In this document: positions 47,293-57,283 of the stretch, one piece after another
Position numbering within the stretch: position 1 is the first letter of the stretch
Layout of the letters: every line of letters starts with the position of its first letter
Source of the DNA: a candidate division Zixibacteria bacterium CG_4_9_14_3_um_filter_46_8
GTDB lineage: Bacteria > Zixibacteria > MSB-5A5 > UM-FILTER-46-8
Assembly (NCBI GenBank): GCA_002791595.1
Contig: PFXJ01000092.1
Location: 17,847-81,846, forward strand
DNA length: 64,000 nucleotides
Direction: 5' to 3'
Notes under the pieces: generated by a model
The model's database searches: none
What the model was told of the DNA's origin: nothing
What the model saw: only the letters and a program-made list of their open reading frames with translations
Program-made: the position numbers and the translations under genes

Positions 47293-50200
47293 TGTACCTG
47301 TCCAGCCTAAAATTAAGCGGTTTCAAATCCTTTCCCGAAGGAAGCCATCTGAAATTTAATGGCGGCATTACTGTTATTGTAGGACCCAATGGATGTGGAA
47401 AGACCAATATTGTCGATTCGATAAGATGGGTTCTTGGCGAGCAAAGGGTATCCCTTCTGAGGGGCGACAAAATGGAGGAAGTTATTTTCAATGGCACGGT
47501 GGAGATGAAGCCTTTGGGAATGGCGGAGGTTTCGCTGGAATTCGACAATACCGGCGGGCTTCTGGCGATAGATTACGACCAGGTACTTATCACGAGACGT
47601 TTATATCGTTCCGGCGAAAGCGAATATCTTTTGAACAAACAACCCTGTCGGTTGAAAGATATCACCAACCTCATTCTAAACACCGGCATTGGGCCGCATG
47701 CATACTCGGTGATACAGCAAAATATGGTCGAAGCCATTTTATCGGAGAAAACCGATGATCGGCGATTCCTTTTCGAGGAAGCGGCTGGCATATCCGGATA
47801 CAAATTGCGTCGCCGGGAAACGCTTCGGAAGTTGGATACGGTCAGCTCCGACCTTCTGCGAATAAATGACATCGCCTCCGAAATCGAAAAGCAGGCTAAC
47901 TCATTGAAACGACAGTCATCGAAGGCTGAACGGTTCAAGGAATTGTCGCGGCAGTTCAGGCAGTCTCAATTATCCCTTATCGCCTACAGCTACGGCAACT
48001 TCCAAAGAATAATCAGCGAAAAGCAAAGCCATAAGGGCGCGATATCCGACAAACTTTCGGAAATCAAAACCAGTATGTCCCAGGTTTTGGCGGATCAGGA
48101 AGAGAAAAAACTGGCCGCCGGCGCCATTCGCGATACCATTCAGGACCTTTCTGCGGAATTGGCGCCGATCGAATCCGAATTGGTTGAAAATGAAAAACGA
48201 TACTCCATCAACGAACAAAGTCGCACTTTCTTAAACGGAAATTGCGCCCGGATATCAGCTGAGCTGGAAAAATCACAGGACCGGATCAAAATCCTGGCAA
48301 TGCAGGAAAGTGAACTCAGCCAGCAAATAGCTGACATCGAACTGGAACGCCAGCAAGCAGAAGCTGTTTTTTCGACTCTCGATGCCGAATTGCTCACAGC
48401 CGAGAATCGCCTCGAATCCAAGAGAAAGGAAATCAAACCTATTCAGGAGAGCCTGGAAAATGCCGGCAACAAGCTGGCTTCGGAACGTTCCAATCAGGAG
48501 GCTTTGATCGCCCGCCGTGATGAATATCAGACTCACCTTGAAAATCTTCTGCTCAAAATGCGGACTATATCCGAAAGGACCTCCGATACTGAAAATCGAA
48601 AACTGGATTTAGAGACCCAAAGGGATGAATTACTTCAATCTATTGCGCGGCTAAAATCCGAAAAAGCGGCTATGGAAATTGAGCTCTTGGGGCATCACGA
48701 AAAGATGCGGATCCTGCAAGAGCAGGCGTTGGAAGATTCGAACCTCCGTAGCTCACTCTCCGCCAGATTAGATACTCTTCGGGAACTCAAATCCTCTTAC
48801 GAGGGGTACCGCGAAGGCTCCAGAAGCATATTAAATGACGCCGTGGGTTTGAGCGGGATCAATGGCCCCGCCGCGGACCGGCTCCGAATTCCTGCAGAAT
48901 TGCTCCTCGCCGCCGAATCGGCGCTCGGACAGGACGCCGAACTTATCTTATGCAACGCTTTAGGCACTGCCCTTGATACCATCGATCAACTCTGCGAACT
49001 TAAGAAAGGCACCGCCGGATTCTGGATAGAAAATCCACAGATGATGGAATCCCTCGCGGTCATTCCAGACTCCATCTCTTCCCTACCGGGATTTGAAGGA
49101 CGTTTGGGCGATATGTTGTCCGATGGCTCTTCCTCGAACCTCACCAGAATCCTTTTGGGCAACGTAATTTTAATGAGGGACCGTGAATCGGCCGTTGAAG
49201 CCTCAAAATCACTTTCTCCGGGCTTATGCGTCGTCACCCGTCGTGGCGAGCTGTTCCGGTGGGGTGGAATTATCAGCGGCGGGAGTTTCGGTTCCGAAGG
49301 TTCCATCGTTGGCAGAGAAAGCGCCATCGATACCTTAAGCCAGCAAATGCGCCAGCTCGATATTCAAATCCAGACGCTTCAGGAGCAATCCGGCGAATTG
49401 AGCGACACCGAACTAAACCTCAAGGCTCAAATCACTGATACCGAGAATCGGCTATCCTTGGCATTTTCCAAACTGGGTAAATTAGAGCAGGAGCTTGCAT
49501 CTCTGGACGCCGATAAAACTCACCTTGAGGAAAACCGTGATTCCATCTCCAATGAAATTGCTGATCTCCAATCAAGACTGAACTTTACTGGAGATGCGCT
49601 GCAGCGCAATGTCGGTGCAATCGCAGAGTGCCTCCAGAAATATGAAGCCCTGAAAGCCGAGCTAACCGGCAAATCGTCGCAGTTGGAGATGGAGGACCTT
49701 GACTTCCGCAAAATGAGCCGGGAGGTGAATACCGCCAAAGTCAAAGTAATCAATCTCCAATCAGAGAAAATGCGGCTCGAATCGGAAATGAGGAATAATC
49801 TCGAACTGCGGGAACGCACCCGCGAAAATATAGATCAATACCGCGGTGAGCTAAAACGTTCGCAGGATGAATTGCAGGCCTTGCAATTGGACAAAGATGA
49901 CCTTTCTGCCAGAATAAAAACTCTGGGACAGGAAAAGGAAATTCGGGTCAGCCGCCTAACCATGATAAAAGATGAGTTTAGCAAAAGCGAAACCGCCATT
50001 TCCCAGCTTGAGACCAAGTTATCTGCTTTACGCGACGAACATGAAGGATTTTTGAAACTAGAACATGAGCTGGGTATTGCCATCGCCGAAGCGGAGGGCG
50101 AGATTCATCATTTGACCCAAAAAGGAACTGAAGACTACGGACTTGAGCTCGATTCTATCCAGCCGCCTGAAAGTGGCTTCGATCCGGTATTGGCCGAAGA

Positions 50201-50864
50201 GGAAGTTCGCGCTTACGAAGAGAAGATTAAGAAGCTTGGCCCGATAAATATGCTGGCGTTGGAGGAATATGAGAAAGCGCGGGACCGTTTTGATTTCATC
50301 ACCAAGCAAAGGGCCGACCTCACTGACTCCCGGGATTCATTAAAACAGGTGATCAGGAAAATTAATCAGACTGCCGCCGAGAAATTCCTGACGACCTTTG
50401 AGCTGATTCGCCAAAATTTCAAGAATGTTTTCAAGGAGATCTTTGAGGGTGGGGAGGCCGATATATTGCTCTCGGACATCAATGACCCGTTGGAATGTCC
50501 CATTGAGATATCCGTCAGCCCGCGCGGCAAAAAGATATTCTCCTTGGCTCAACTTTCCGGCGGCGAACGGGCACTGATATCTATCACTCTCTTATTCGGG
50601 ATGTATTTCGTAAAACCGTCGCCATTCTGTGTCCTCGATGAAGTTGATGCTCCTCTTGATGACATCAACCTCCAGCGATTCCTCAAGGTCTTGAAGAAAT
50701 TCGCAACCAACACCCAGTTCATTATTATCACGCACAACAAACTAACGATGAATGCGGGCAATACTCTTTATGGAGTTACGATGGAAAGGCCGGGGGTCTC
50801 CAAACTGGTTTCAGTCCGACTCGAAGAGATATCGGATAAAGACTTGGCTTTAACTCGCACATGA
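47292..50864 (+). CDS. smc: Chromosome segregation protein SMC
   Basis: N-terminal Walker A FKSFPEGSHLKFNGGITVIVGPNGCGKTN, a long coiled coil with a hinge, and C-terminal LSGGERALISITLLF signature plus Walker B VLDEVDAPLD. Confidence 0.9.
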   Translation: MYLSSLKLSGFKSFPEGSHLKFNGGITVIVGPNGCGKTNIVDSIRWVLGEQRVSLLRGDKMEEVIFNGTVEMKPLGMAEVSLEFDNTGGLLAIDYDQVLITRRLYRSGESEYLLNKQPCRLKDITNLILNTGIGPHAYSVIQQNMVEAILSEKTDDRRFLFEEAAGISGYKLRRRETLRKLDTVSSDLLRINDIASEIEKQANSLKRQSSKAERFKELSRQFRQSQLSLIAYSYGNFQRIISEKQSHKGAISDKLSEIKTSMSQVLADQEEKKLAAGAIRDTIQDLSAELAPIESELVENEKRYSINEQSRTFLNGNCARISAELEKSQDRIKILAMQESELSQQIADIELERQQAEAVFSTLDAELLTAENRLESKRKEIKPIQESLENAGNKLASERSNQEALIARRDEYQTHLENLLLKMRTISERTSDTENRKLDLETQRDELLQSIARLKSEKAAMEIELLGHHEKMRILQEQALEDSNLRSSLSARLDTLRELKSSYEGYREGSRSILNDAVGLSGINGPAADRLRIPAELLLAAESALGQDAELILCNALGTALDTIDQLCELKKGTAGFWIENPQMMESLAVIPDSISSLPGFEGRLGDMLSDGSSSNLTRILLGNVILMRDRESAVEASKSLSPGLCVVTRRGELFRWGGIISGGSFGSEGSIVGRESAIDTLSQQMRQLDIQIQTLQEQSGELSDTELNLKAQITDTENRLSLAFSKLGKLEQELASLDADKTHLEENRDSISNEIADLQSRLNFTGDALQRNVGAIAECLQKYEALKAELTGKSSQLEMEDLDFRKMSREVNTAKVKVINLQSEKMRLESEMRNNLELRERTRENIDQYRGELKRSQDELQALQLDKDDLSARIKTLGQEKEIRVSRLTMIKDEFSKSETAISQLETKLSALRDEHEGFLKLEHELGIAIAEAEGEIHHLTQKGTEDYGLELDSIQPPESGFDPVLAEEEVRAYEEKIKKLGPINMLALEEYEKARDRFDFITKQRADLTDSRDSLKQVIRKINQTAAEKFLTTFELIRQNFKNVFKEIFEGGEADILLSDINDPLECPIEISVSPRGKKIFSLAQLSGGERALISITLLFGMYFVKPSPFCVLDEVDAPLDDINLQRFLKVLKKFATNTQFIIITHNKLTMNAGNTLYGVTMERPGVSKLVSVRLEEISDKDLALTRT

Positions 50865-50871
50865 GAACAAT

Positions 50872-51804
50872 ATGGGATTTTCGATAAAGTCTCTTCGAGA
50901 AAAATTATCCAAGACTACCAATAAGATATCGGCCGGCATCCGCAGTATTTTGCCCAAGGGAAAGAAGATCGATGATGCCCTTTTGGATGAACTGGAGGAG
51001 GTTTTGATTTCAGCGGATATTGGACCGGAAGCGACAATGCGGATCATTGACCAAGCCCGCAATCAGTATCATGGCGGCAAAATCACCGATTCCGAACAGC
51101 TCGAGGAACTAATAAAGACTACCTCTGTGGAAATACTCAAGGGTGCCGATTCACACCCCAACCTTGAAACCATCACCAAACCAGAAGTCATAATGATCGT
51201 GGGGGTGAACGGGGCCGGCAAGACGACGACTATCGCCAAGCTTGCCAGATATTACCGGTCGAATGGAAAAACTGTTTTGCTTGCCGCCGGCGATACATTC
51301 CGTGCCGCGGCCATCGAACAATTGGGAATATGGGCCGACCGTGTTGGTGTTGATATTGTAAAGCATGGGCAGGATTCGGATCCGGCCGCGGTCGTTTTTG
51401 ATGCGATCAATGCGGCCCGATCGCGCGGCAAGGACGTGGTCATAATCGATACCGCCGGCCGATTACATACCAAGAGCAATCTGATGGAAGAATTAAAGAA
51501 AATCCGCCGAGTAGCCGCCAAAGCCCATAGTGGCGCTCCTCACCAAACCTACTTGATTATCGATGGCACTACCGGACAGAACGGTCTCAAGCAGATAAAG
51601 CTATTCGACCAGGCCATAGGCCTAACCGGATTGATCCTTACTAAAATGGATGGCACCGCTAAGGGAGGTGTGGTCCTGGCGGCCGCCACCCAATTCAAAA
51701 TACCGGTAAGATATATAGGCTTTGGAGAAACGGCAGATGATTTTGATTCCTTTGACCCCCAATCGTTCGTAGCCGCCATATTCGATTCCAAGTCTGATGA
51801 TTAA
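50872..51804 (+). CDS. ftsY: Signal recognition particle receptor FtsY
   Basis: NG domain with GVNGAGKTTTIAKLA, DTAGR and TKMDGTAKGG. Confidence 0.9.
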   Translation: MGFSIKSLREKLSKTTNKISAGIRSILPKGKKIDDALLDELEEVLISADIGPEATMRIIDQARNQYHGGKITDSEQLEELIKTTSVEILKGADSHPNLETITKPEVIMIVGVNGAGKTTTIAKLARYYRSNGKTVLLAAGDTFRAAAIEQLGIWADRVGVDIVKHGQDSDPAAVVFDAINAARSRGKDVVIIDTAGRLHTKSNLMEELKKIRRVAAKAHSGAPHQTYLIIDGTTGQNGLKQIKLFDQAIGLTGLILTKMDGTAKGGVVLAAATQFKIPVRYIGFGETADDFDSFDPQSFVAAIFDSKSDD

Positions 51805-51859
51805 AAATATCTTTACTTGAGCTTCACATCGAATTGAGTAAATTGAGATCCTGAATTCC

Positions 51860-52306
51860 ATGATGAAAATAAATATTTACGTCGGCGGCAGGGATAGACG
51901 CGACTGGGCGGCAGAAGGTATTAGCCATTTTATCCAACTACTTCGGCCATTTGCCAACATATCGATTGATATATTTTCTCCAGAACAAGGCTCAGAGCCC
52001 AAAGATACAGAATCGCTCTTCAATAGGGTGCCGGCTGGCATCCCCATCGTGCTATTAGACCACTCCGGCGCAACCAAAAATTCCATCGAATTCGCCCGAT
52101 TAGTCAAAGACCTCTCCGGTCATTCCGGCAAATTGGCATTTTTCATCGGCGGGCCTGAAGGTTTCTCGAAAGATATCATCGACCAGGCGAAGAATGTGAT
52201 TTCCCTCTCCCCGATGACATTCAGCCATCGCCTGGCCTTGATAATTTTCCTCGAACAATTATATCGTGCCTTCGATATCTCTTCAAAGGGAAAATATCAG
52301 AGATAA
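51860..52306 (+). CDS. rlmH: 23S rRNA (pseudouridine1915-N3)-methyltransferase RlmH
   Basis: SPOUT fold, 148 aa, IVLLDHSG....FFIGGPEGFS. Confidence 0.8.
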   Translation: MMKINIYVGGRDRRDWAAEGISHFIQLLRPFANISIDIFSPEQGSEPKDTESLFNRVPAGIPIVLLDHSGATKNSIEFARLVKDLSGHSGKLAFFIGGPEGFSKDIIDQAKNVISLSPMTFSHRLALIIFLEQLYRAFDISSKGKYQR

Positions 52307-52669
52307 TTCAATGCCATAGGGGGAATGTTGAAAAAACAACGGTAGGTAGAGATCTTGACCTCGACCTGGACGCCAATGGCGTCCATAAATTATTCGAATG
52401 CAGGGGTCAAGACCCCTGCACCCCCCATTCCCAAACCAAGTTCCGAAGGATGGGTTAATCAAATTGCGTAAGGATAAAAGCTCAATCATTTACTGGAGGT
52501 TACCTACTATCGAAATTAGGGTAAATTGACCCATCAATTCAAAAATAGAAATGATGGGTCAAATCAATCGAGATTGGACATCCTTGATAGTTTCGCTACT
52601 CGCTCGAACGCGATCTTAAGCTAACCGGATTGACCCATCCTATGAACCGCGTATGTCATTCCCGTGAAA

Positions 52670-52920
52670 GGGAGTGTTGAAACAGCCAAAAAACTCGAAA
52701 AATGACCTCAACCTTCTCCCGCTTCGTCGGGAGAAGCTTGCCCGCCTGAGGTAGGGTGGCCCCGCCTATAGCGGGGACAGATGAGGGTGTAACCCCATAA
52801 GCTCCCTCATCCTTCGACTCCTTCTCCCAATTAATGGGAGAAGGAGAGAAGGAAAAGATTTTTTTGAAGTGCTTCCCTTTTCATGGCAGCCGAGCTTTTT
52901 CAATAAGCCCGAAAGCGGGA
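52670..52920 (+). repeat. Copy C of the ~250-bp TIR-flanked hairpin-rich repeat
   Basis: Same orientation as copy A. The variable hairpin is CCCCGC-CUAUA-GCGGGG here, versus UCCCGAC-UUG-UCGGGA in copy A; the stem is preserved by compensatory changes. It abuts the stop of the mrp/apbC gene. Confidence 0.75.
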
Positions 52921-52922
52921 AT

Positions 52923-53846
52923 CTAATTTTCTGGATTTCCCAAATCGCTTGGAATGGTTGCAAGTGTTTTATCGGGCAATGCCAAAATCGACCGCACAAC
53001 TTTTTCAAATGCCGCGGCAGTAGCGCTTTTGGAATAATGCTCATAGAATGAAATCCCCAAGTCGGACGATTCCACAATTCGAGGATCGATGGGAACTCGA
53101 CCCAGAAATGGGACCCCCATCTCTTCCGCCATTTTTTCTCCTCCGCCGATTTTAAAAACATTCGTCGTCTCTCCGCAGTGGGGGCAGACGAAGCCGCTCA
53201 TATTCTCAACTACTCCGATGATCGCCATCCCCACTTTCCGGCAAAAAACAATCGACCGACGGACATCATCAATTGCAACATCCTGCGGAGTGGTCACGAT
53301 GACCGCGCCATCCAAGCCGGACAGCAACTGGGCAATCGTCAAAGGTTCATCACCGGTACCGGGAGGCGAATCGATCACCAGATAATCCAAATCGCCCCAT
53401 TCCACATCACGTAGAAACTGCCTGATGATGCTAAATTTTAATGGCCCCCGCCAGATTACCGCCTCATCTTTGTCTGGGGTCATGAACCCAATGGACATTA
53501 CAAAAAGATTATTTCCTTTCCTGACCGGGAATATCACATTTTCGGTCCCATCCAGCGGATGCCCTTCCAGGCCGGTCAGCCTTGGGATACTCGGGCCATG
53601 TATATCAATATCCAATAGGCCCACTTTTTTCCCCGCCAGCGTTAGTGAAGTCGCCAGATTCACGGCCACAGTGCTCTTCCCAACCCCTCCTTTGCCCGAC
53701 AAGACGACAATCTTATGCTTGATCTTGGACATCCTGCCGGTTATGGCGTGCCGATCCACAAAAGCCTTGCCCATGCTGGCTCGACGTTGTTCTATTTCAT
53801 CCTGACGATCATCGTCTATCGCATCGGATTCATGCTCATCTGACAT
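52923..53846 (-). CDS. apbC: Mrp/NBP35 family iron-sulfur cluster carrier ATPase
   Basis: Deviant Walker A KIVVLSGKGGVGKSTVAVNLA and a CxxC motif (CPHCGE). Confidence 0.9.
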   Translation of the reverse strand: MSDEHESDAIDDDRQDEIEQRRASMGKAFVDRHAITGRMSKIKHKIVVLSGKGGVGKSTVAVNLATSLTLAGKKVGLLDIDIHGPSIPRLTGLEGHPLDGTENVIFPVRKGNNLFVMSIGFMTPDKDEAVIWRGPLKFSIIRQFLRDVEWGDLDYLVIDSPPGTGDEPLTIAQLLSGLDGAVIVTTPQDVAIDDVRRSIVFCRKVGMAIIGVVENMSGFVCPHCGETTNVFKIGGGEKMAEEMGVPFLGRVPIDPRIVESSDLGISFYEHYSKSATAAAFEKVVRSILALPDKTLATIPSDLGNPEN

Positions 53847-54004
53847 TTATATGCAATCCTCTAATTTACCGAAATCCTCACTTTATCTTCCCACAATAAT
53901 TCATTATCCCCAATATGCTAATACCCCCAAACCCACATTTGTTTCATATTTTTTGACAGGAATTTCTGCCATAATTCCCTAATAATTGTATTCCGGATTC
54001 GTAT

Positions 54005-54940
54005 CTAATCTAAAAAACCGAGAGCTCTCAGATGCCTGACACCCCTTCGCAGATCTTCTTCTGCGACCTGAGGGCGCATCTCCAAAACGCATAGAGTATC
54101 CTTAGGCAGAAAACCCTTGATTGCCAGGAAATCGATATCGCCGTCACCCGGCGGGAGATGATCCCTGATGCCTATGCAGTCGTGAATGTGGATTCCCACA
54201 ACCCTATCCTTATATTTTCGCAGATACTCAAGGGAATCCCAGTATCCAAGATTGCTTATATTGGCGGCATGGCCAGTATCATACCACAGCCCCAGATACT
54301 CCGTATTATATTCGCTGAGCAAAATCCCGAACTCATCGCAATTCGGAATCTGCGAAACATAATAGCGATTTTCCATCCCGATGCACACTCCGAGTTTTTC
54401 CGCGACAGGCACCAAATAATCAAGGCTTCGACGGGCATTATCCAGATGGATGTCTTTGCCGGCATCACGCCGCATTAACAGCTTATCGAAATATGCCCGG
54501 TATGATTCTGGAGGACCAAGCTCTGCTTTCAATGGTTTTCTAAAAGCTTTTTCTTCGAGACGCAGAGTGCCATCACTTACGTCACCCAGATGAAAAACCA
54601 CTGCTGACGCATTGAGGTCGGCGGCATTTTGAAGCGTCCTCTCGGAAAGCCGAATCGCTTCTTTACGGATCTCATTGTCATTTGAGGCCAGATCGAAGAA
54701 TTCAATATAATTCCCTGCCTTTTCCATTTCCGGGGTGAGTGGGCAAATATTATGCAAACTCGTTATATTTATCTGTCCCTGCCGGGCGTTAATGGCAATC
54801 TCTTTGAAATATGTTTCTTTTACCTGAAAATTTATTTCAAGGTTTTCAAAACCGATATCACGGGTCTTAGCCACTATACGCGCGCCGTCACCGGCAGATT
54901 GATAATGCCAACTTGTAGATAAGGAAAATATCATAGCCAT
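54005..54940 (-). CDS. Sugar phosphate isomerase/epimerase (xylose-isomerase-like TIM barrel)
   Basis: AP_endonuc_2-type TIM barrel length and His/Glu/Asp metal ligands (ENRYY..., HIHD...). Specificity cannot be read from the sequence. Confidence 0.7.
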   Translation of the reverse strand: MAMIFSLSTSWHYQSAGDGARIVAKTRDIGFENLEINFQVKETYFKEIAINARQGQINITSLHNICPLTPEMEKAGNYIEFFDLASNDNEIRKEAIRLSERTLQNAADLNASAVVFHLGDVSDGTLRLEEKAFRKPLKAELGPPESYRAYFDKLLMRRDAGKDIHLDNARRSLDYLVPVAEKLGVCIGMENRYYVSQIPNCDEFGILLSEYNTEYLGLWYDTGHAANISNLGYWDSLEYLRKYKDRVVGIHIHDCIGIRDHLPPGDGDIDFLAIKGFLPKDTLCVLEMRPQVAEEDLRRGVRHLRALGFLD

Positions 54941-55045
54941 CTGTCATCAACCGATTAGATTCATCAATAAAGAGTCTTAGATCCCTCCCATCAAATAAAA
55001 CGAGGACACCTCTTACCGGCGTCCCCTCAATCTCTCTACCCGGAA

Positions 55046-57127
55046 TTAATTCTGGGCCTCTCTGGCCGCTTTTGCCTCCGCAATTATCTTCTCCTGAACT
55101 TCGCGAGGGACTTCCTCGTAATGAGAAAACTCCATGCTGTAGGTTCCGCGTCCCTGAGTCATCGAACGCAAAGCAGTAGCATATTTGTAGAGTTCAGTTA
55201 GCGGCGCCAGGGCTTTGACCACCTGGTATTTCCCATCAGGCTCCATCCCCATAATCTTGCCCCGTCGCGATGATATATCACCCATTATATCTCCCGCAAA
55301 ATCCCCTGGAACCGTGATTACAACTTTATAGATCGGCTCCAGCAGAATCGGGTTAGCCTTTTCAAAACAGGCCTTGAATCCCATTGATCCGGCGATCTTG
55401 AACGCCATTTCCGAAGAATCGACATCGTGATAGGAACCATCATAACAGCTCGCCTTAAGGTCCACCACTCGAAATCCTGCTAGTTCTCCTTGTTCCATCG
55501 CCTCCACGATCCCTTTCTCCACCGCCGGAATGAATTTCGAGGGAATAACACCCCCAACTATCGCATTCACAAATTCAAAACCGCTTCCCCGAGGCATAGG
55601 CTCTAACTTCACCCAGCAATCGCCATACTGACCTCTCCCGCCTGACTGACGCTTGAATTTGCCCTGCGACTCAGCTTTGCTCTTGATTGTTTCCCGGAAT
55701 GGAATTTTGGGTTTAACCAACTCCACCTCAACCCCAAACCGCTCCCTCAGGCGCGCGGCATTTACCTCCAGATGTATATCTCCCTGCCCGAAGACTATTG
55801 TCTGTTTGATATCCCCGTCAACCTTCATAAAGAAAGTGGGGTCTTCCTCGTGAAGCTTCGCCAGGCCCGCGGCAACCTTCTCTTCTTCCCCCTTTTTCGT
55901 CGATACTATCCCCATCCGGTGAAGCGGATTGGGAAATTGCGGCGGCGGTATGCGAAAATCCACACTTTTACCGCAAAGCGTCTCGCCCGTATGCGAATTT
56001 TTCAACTTTACAGTGGCCGCAATATCACCAGCAGCCGCCACATTTATTTCTTTCCGATCCTTGCCATTCAATTGAAATATCTGGTTGAACCGCTCAGTCG
56101 TGCGCCCCGCCGCAATGACCAGCTCGTCGCCCGCATTAACCTTCCCGGAATGAACTTTAAACAGCGAAAGCTCGCCGACATGATGCACCGAAATGGTTTT
56201 GAATATATAGATGACCGCTGGACCGCCCTCAGATACCGGCAGTGCGACCTTCGTGTCTGTATCGCCCTTGAATACTATCGCCGCTTCCTTATCCCTAGGG
56301 GATGGGCACACCGAAACAATAAAATCCATTAGCAAATCTATGCCGATATTCTGAGTAGCAGAACCGAGCAACACAGGCGATATTTTCCCGGAGGCGATAC
56401 CTTTCTTCAGTCCGGAAGTCACTTCCTCTCCGGTCAATGAACCAGAATCGAAGAATTTCTCAAGCAAGGCATCATCAGATTCCGCCGCCGCCTCTACCAA
56501 TTTTTCTCGAGCCGCGGCTGCCTGGCCTGCTAAGTCCCCAGGTATTTCCGCCGCGGTGGCTTTGCCCTGAGAGTAATAATAAGCTTTCATTGTCAGGAGA
56601 TCAACGACACCCTTAAATTCTAGCGCCATCCCGATCGGCAATTGCATCGGCACCACGCGAGCCCCAAATAAATCCATAAGATTCCCAATGACCGCATTCG
56701 AATTTGCATGTTCTTTATCCATTCTGTTGATGAAAAATAATTGGGAGCATCCATTACTTTCAGCAAGCTTATTGGCGGACTCAGTTCCCCCTTCAATTCC
56801 CCCGACCGCATTGGCCACGATAATCGCGGTATCAATCACCTTAAGCCCGCCTATCAATTCGCCCACAAAATCCGAATACCCGGGCAGATCCAGAATATTT
56901 ATCTTATGAATTTTCCATTCCAGATGCAGAAGTGACGATGTTATCGAGATTCTGCGGGCAATTTCATCGGGAAGATAGTCCGATACGGTTGAACCATCAT
57001 CGGTAGATCCCAATCGTCCTATCACTCCGGCATTGAACAATAAAGCCTCCGCCAGTGAGGTTTTGCCAACACCGCCATGGCCCCCCAATCCGATGTTCCT
57101 GATATTTTCTGCACTATAATCCTTCAA
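55046..57127 (-). CDS. Elongation factor G family GTPase (EF-G paralog)
   Basis: GTPase G1 GGHGGVGKTS, G3 DLPG and G4 NRMD, followed by EF-G domains II-V. G1 differs from the canonical AHIDAGKTT, which suggests an EF-G2-like paralog. Confidence 0.8.
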   Translation of the reverse strand: MKDYSAENIRNIGLGGHGGVGKTSLAEALLFNAGVIGRLGSTDDGSTVSDYLPDEIARRISITSSLLHLEWKIHKINILDLPGYSDFVGELIGGLKVIDTAIIVANAVGGIEGGTESANKLAESNGCSQLFFINRMDKEHANSNAVIGNLMDLFGARVVPMQLPIGMALEFKGVVDLLTMKAYYYSQGKATAAEIPGDLAGQAAAAREKLVEAAAESDDALLEKFFDSGSLTGEEVTSGLKKGIASGKISPVLLGSATQNIGIDLLMDFIVSVCPSPRDKEAAIVFKGDTDTKVALPVSEGGPAVIYIFKTISVHHVGELSLFKVHSGKVNAGDELVIAAGRTTERFNQIFQLNGKDRKEINVAAAGDIAATVKLKNSHTGETLCGKSVDFRIPPPQFPNPLHRMGIVSTKKGEEEKVAAGLAKLHEEDPTFFMKVDGDIKQTIVFGQGDIHLEVNAARLRERFGVEVELVKPKIPFRETIKSKAESQGKFKRQSGGRGQYGDCWVKLEPMPRGSGFEFVNAIVGGVIPSKFIPAVEKGIVEAMEQGELAGFRVVDLKASCYDGSYHDVDSSEMAFKIAGSMGFKACFEKANPILLEPIYKVVITVPGDFAGDIMGDISSRRGKIMGMEPDGKYQVVKALAPLTELYKYATALRSMTQGRGTYSMEFSHYEEVPREVQEKIIAEAKAAREAQN

Positions 57128-57235
57128 TTATATCTCCTTCAATTCAACCATACATAATTCAACTTAGAAAAATAATTAGTGCAATGTCCTATGTCAATAT
57201 AATCCATTCTCGCGCAGGAAAATAAAAGCACACTA

Positions 57236-57263
57236 AAAAGGCCGCCTGGCGGCGGCCTTTCGA
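57236..57263 (-). terminator. Rho-independent terminator downstream of the multiheme cytochrome gene
   Basis: The minus strand reads GGCCGCCGCCAGGCGGCC followed by UUUUU: a perfect GC stem-loop with a U-tract. Confidence 0.65.
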
Positions 57264-57283
57264 ATGCCTTGCTGAACCTATGC

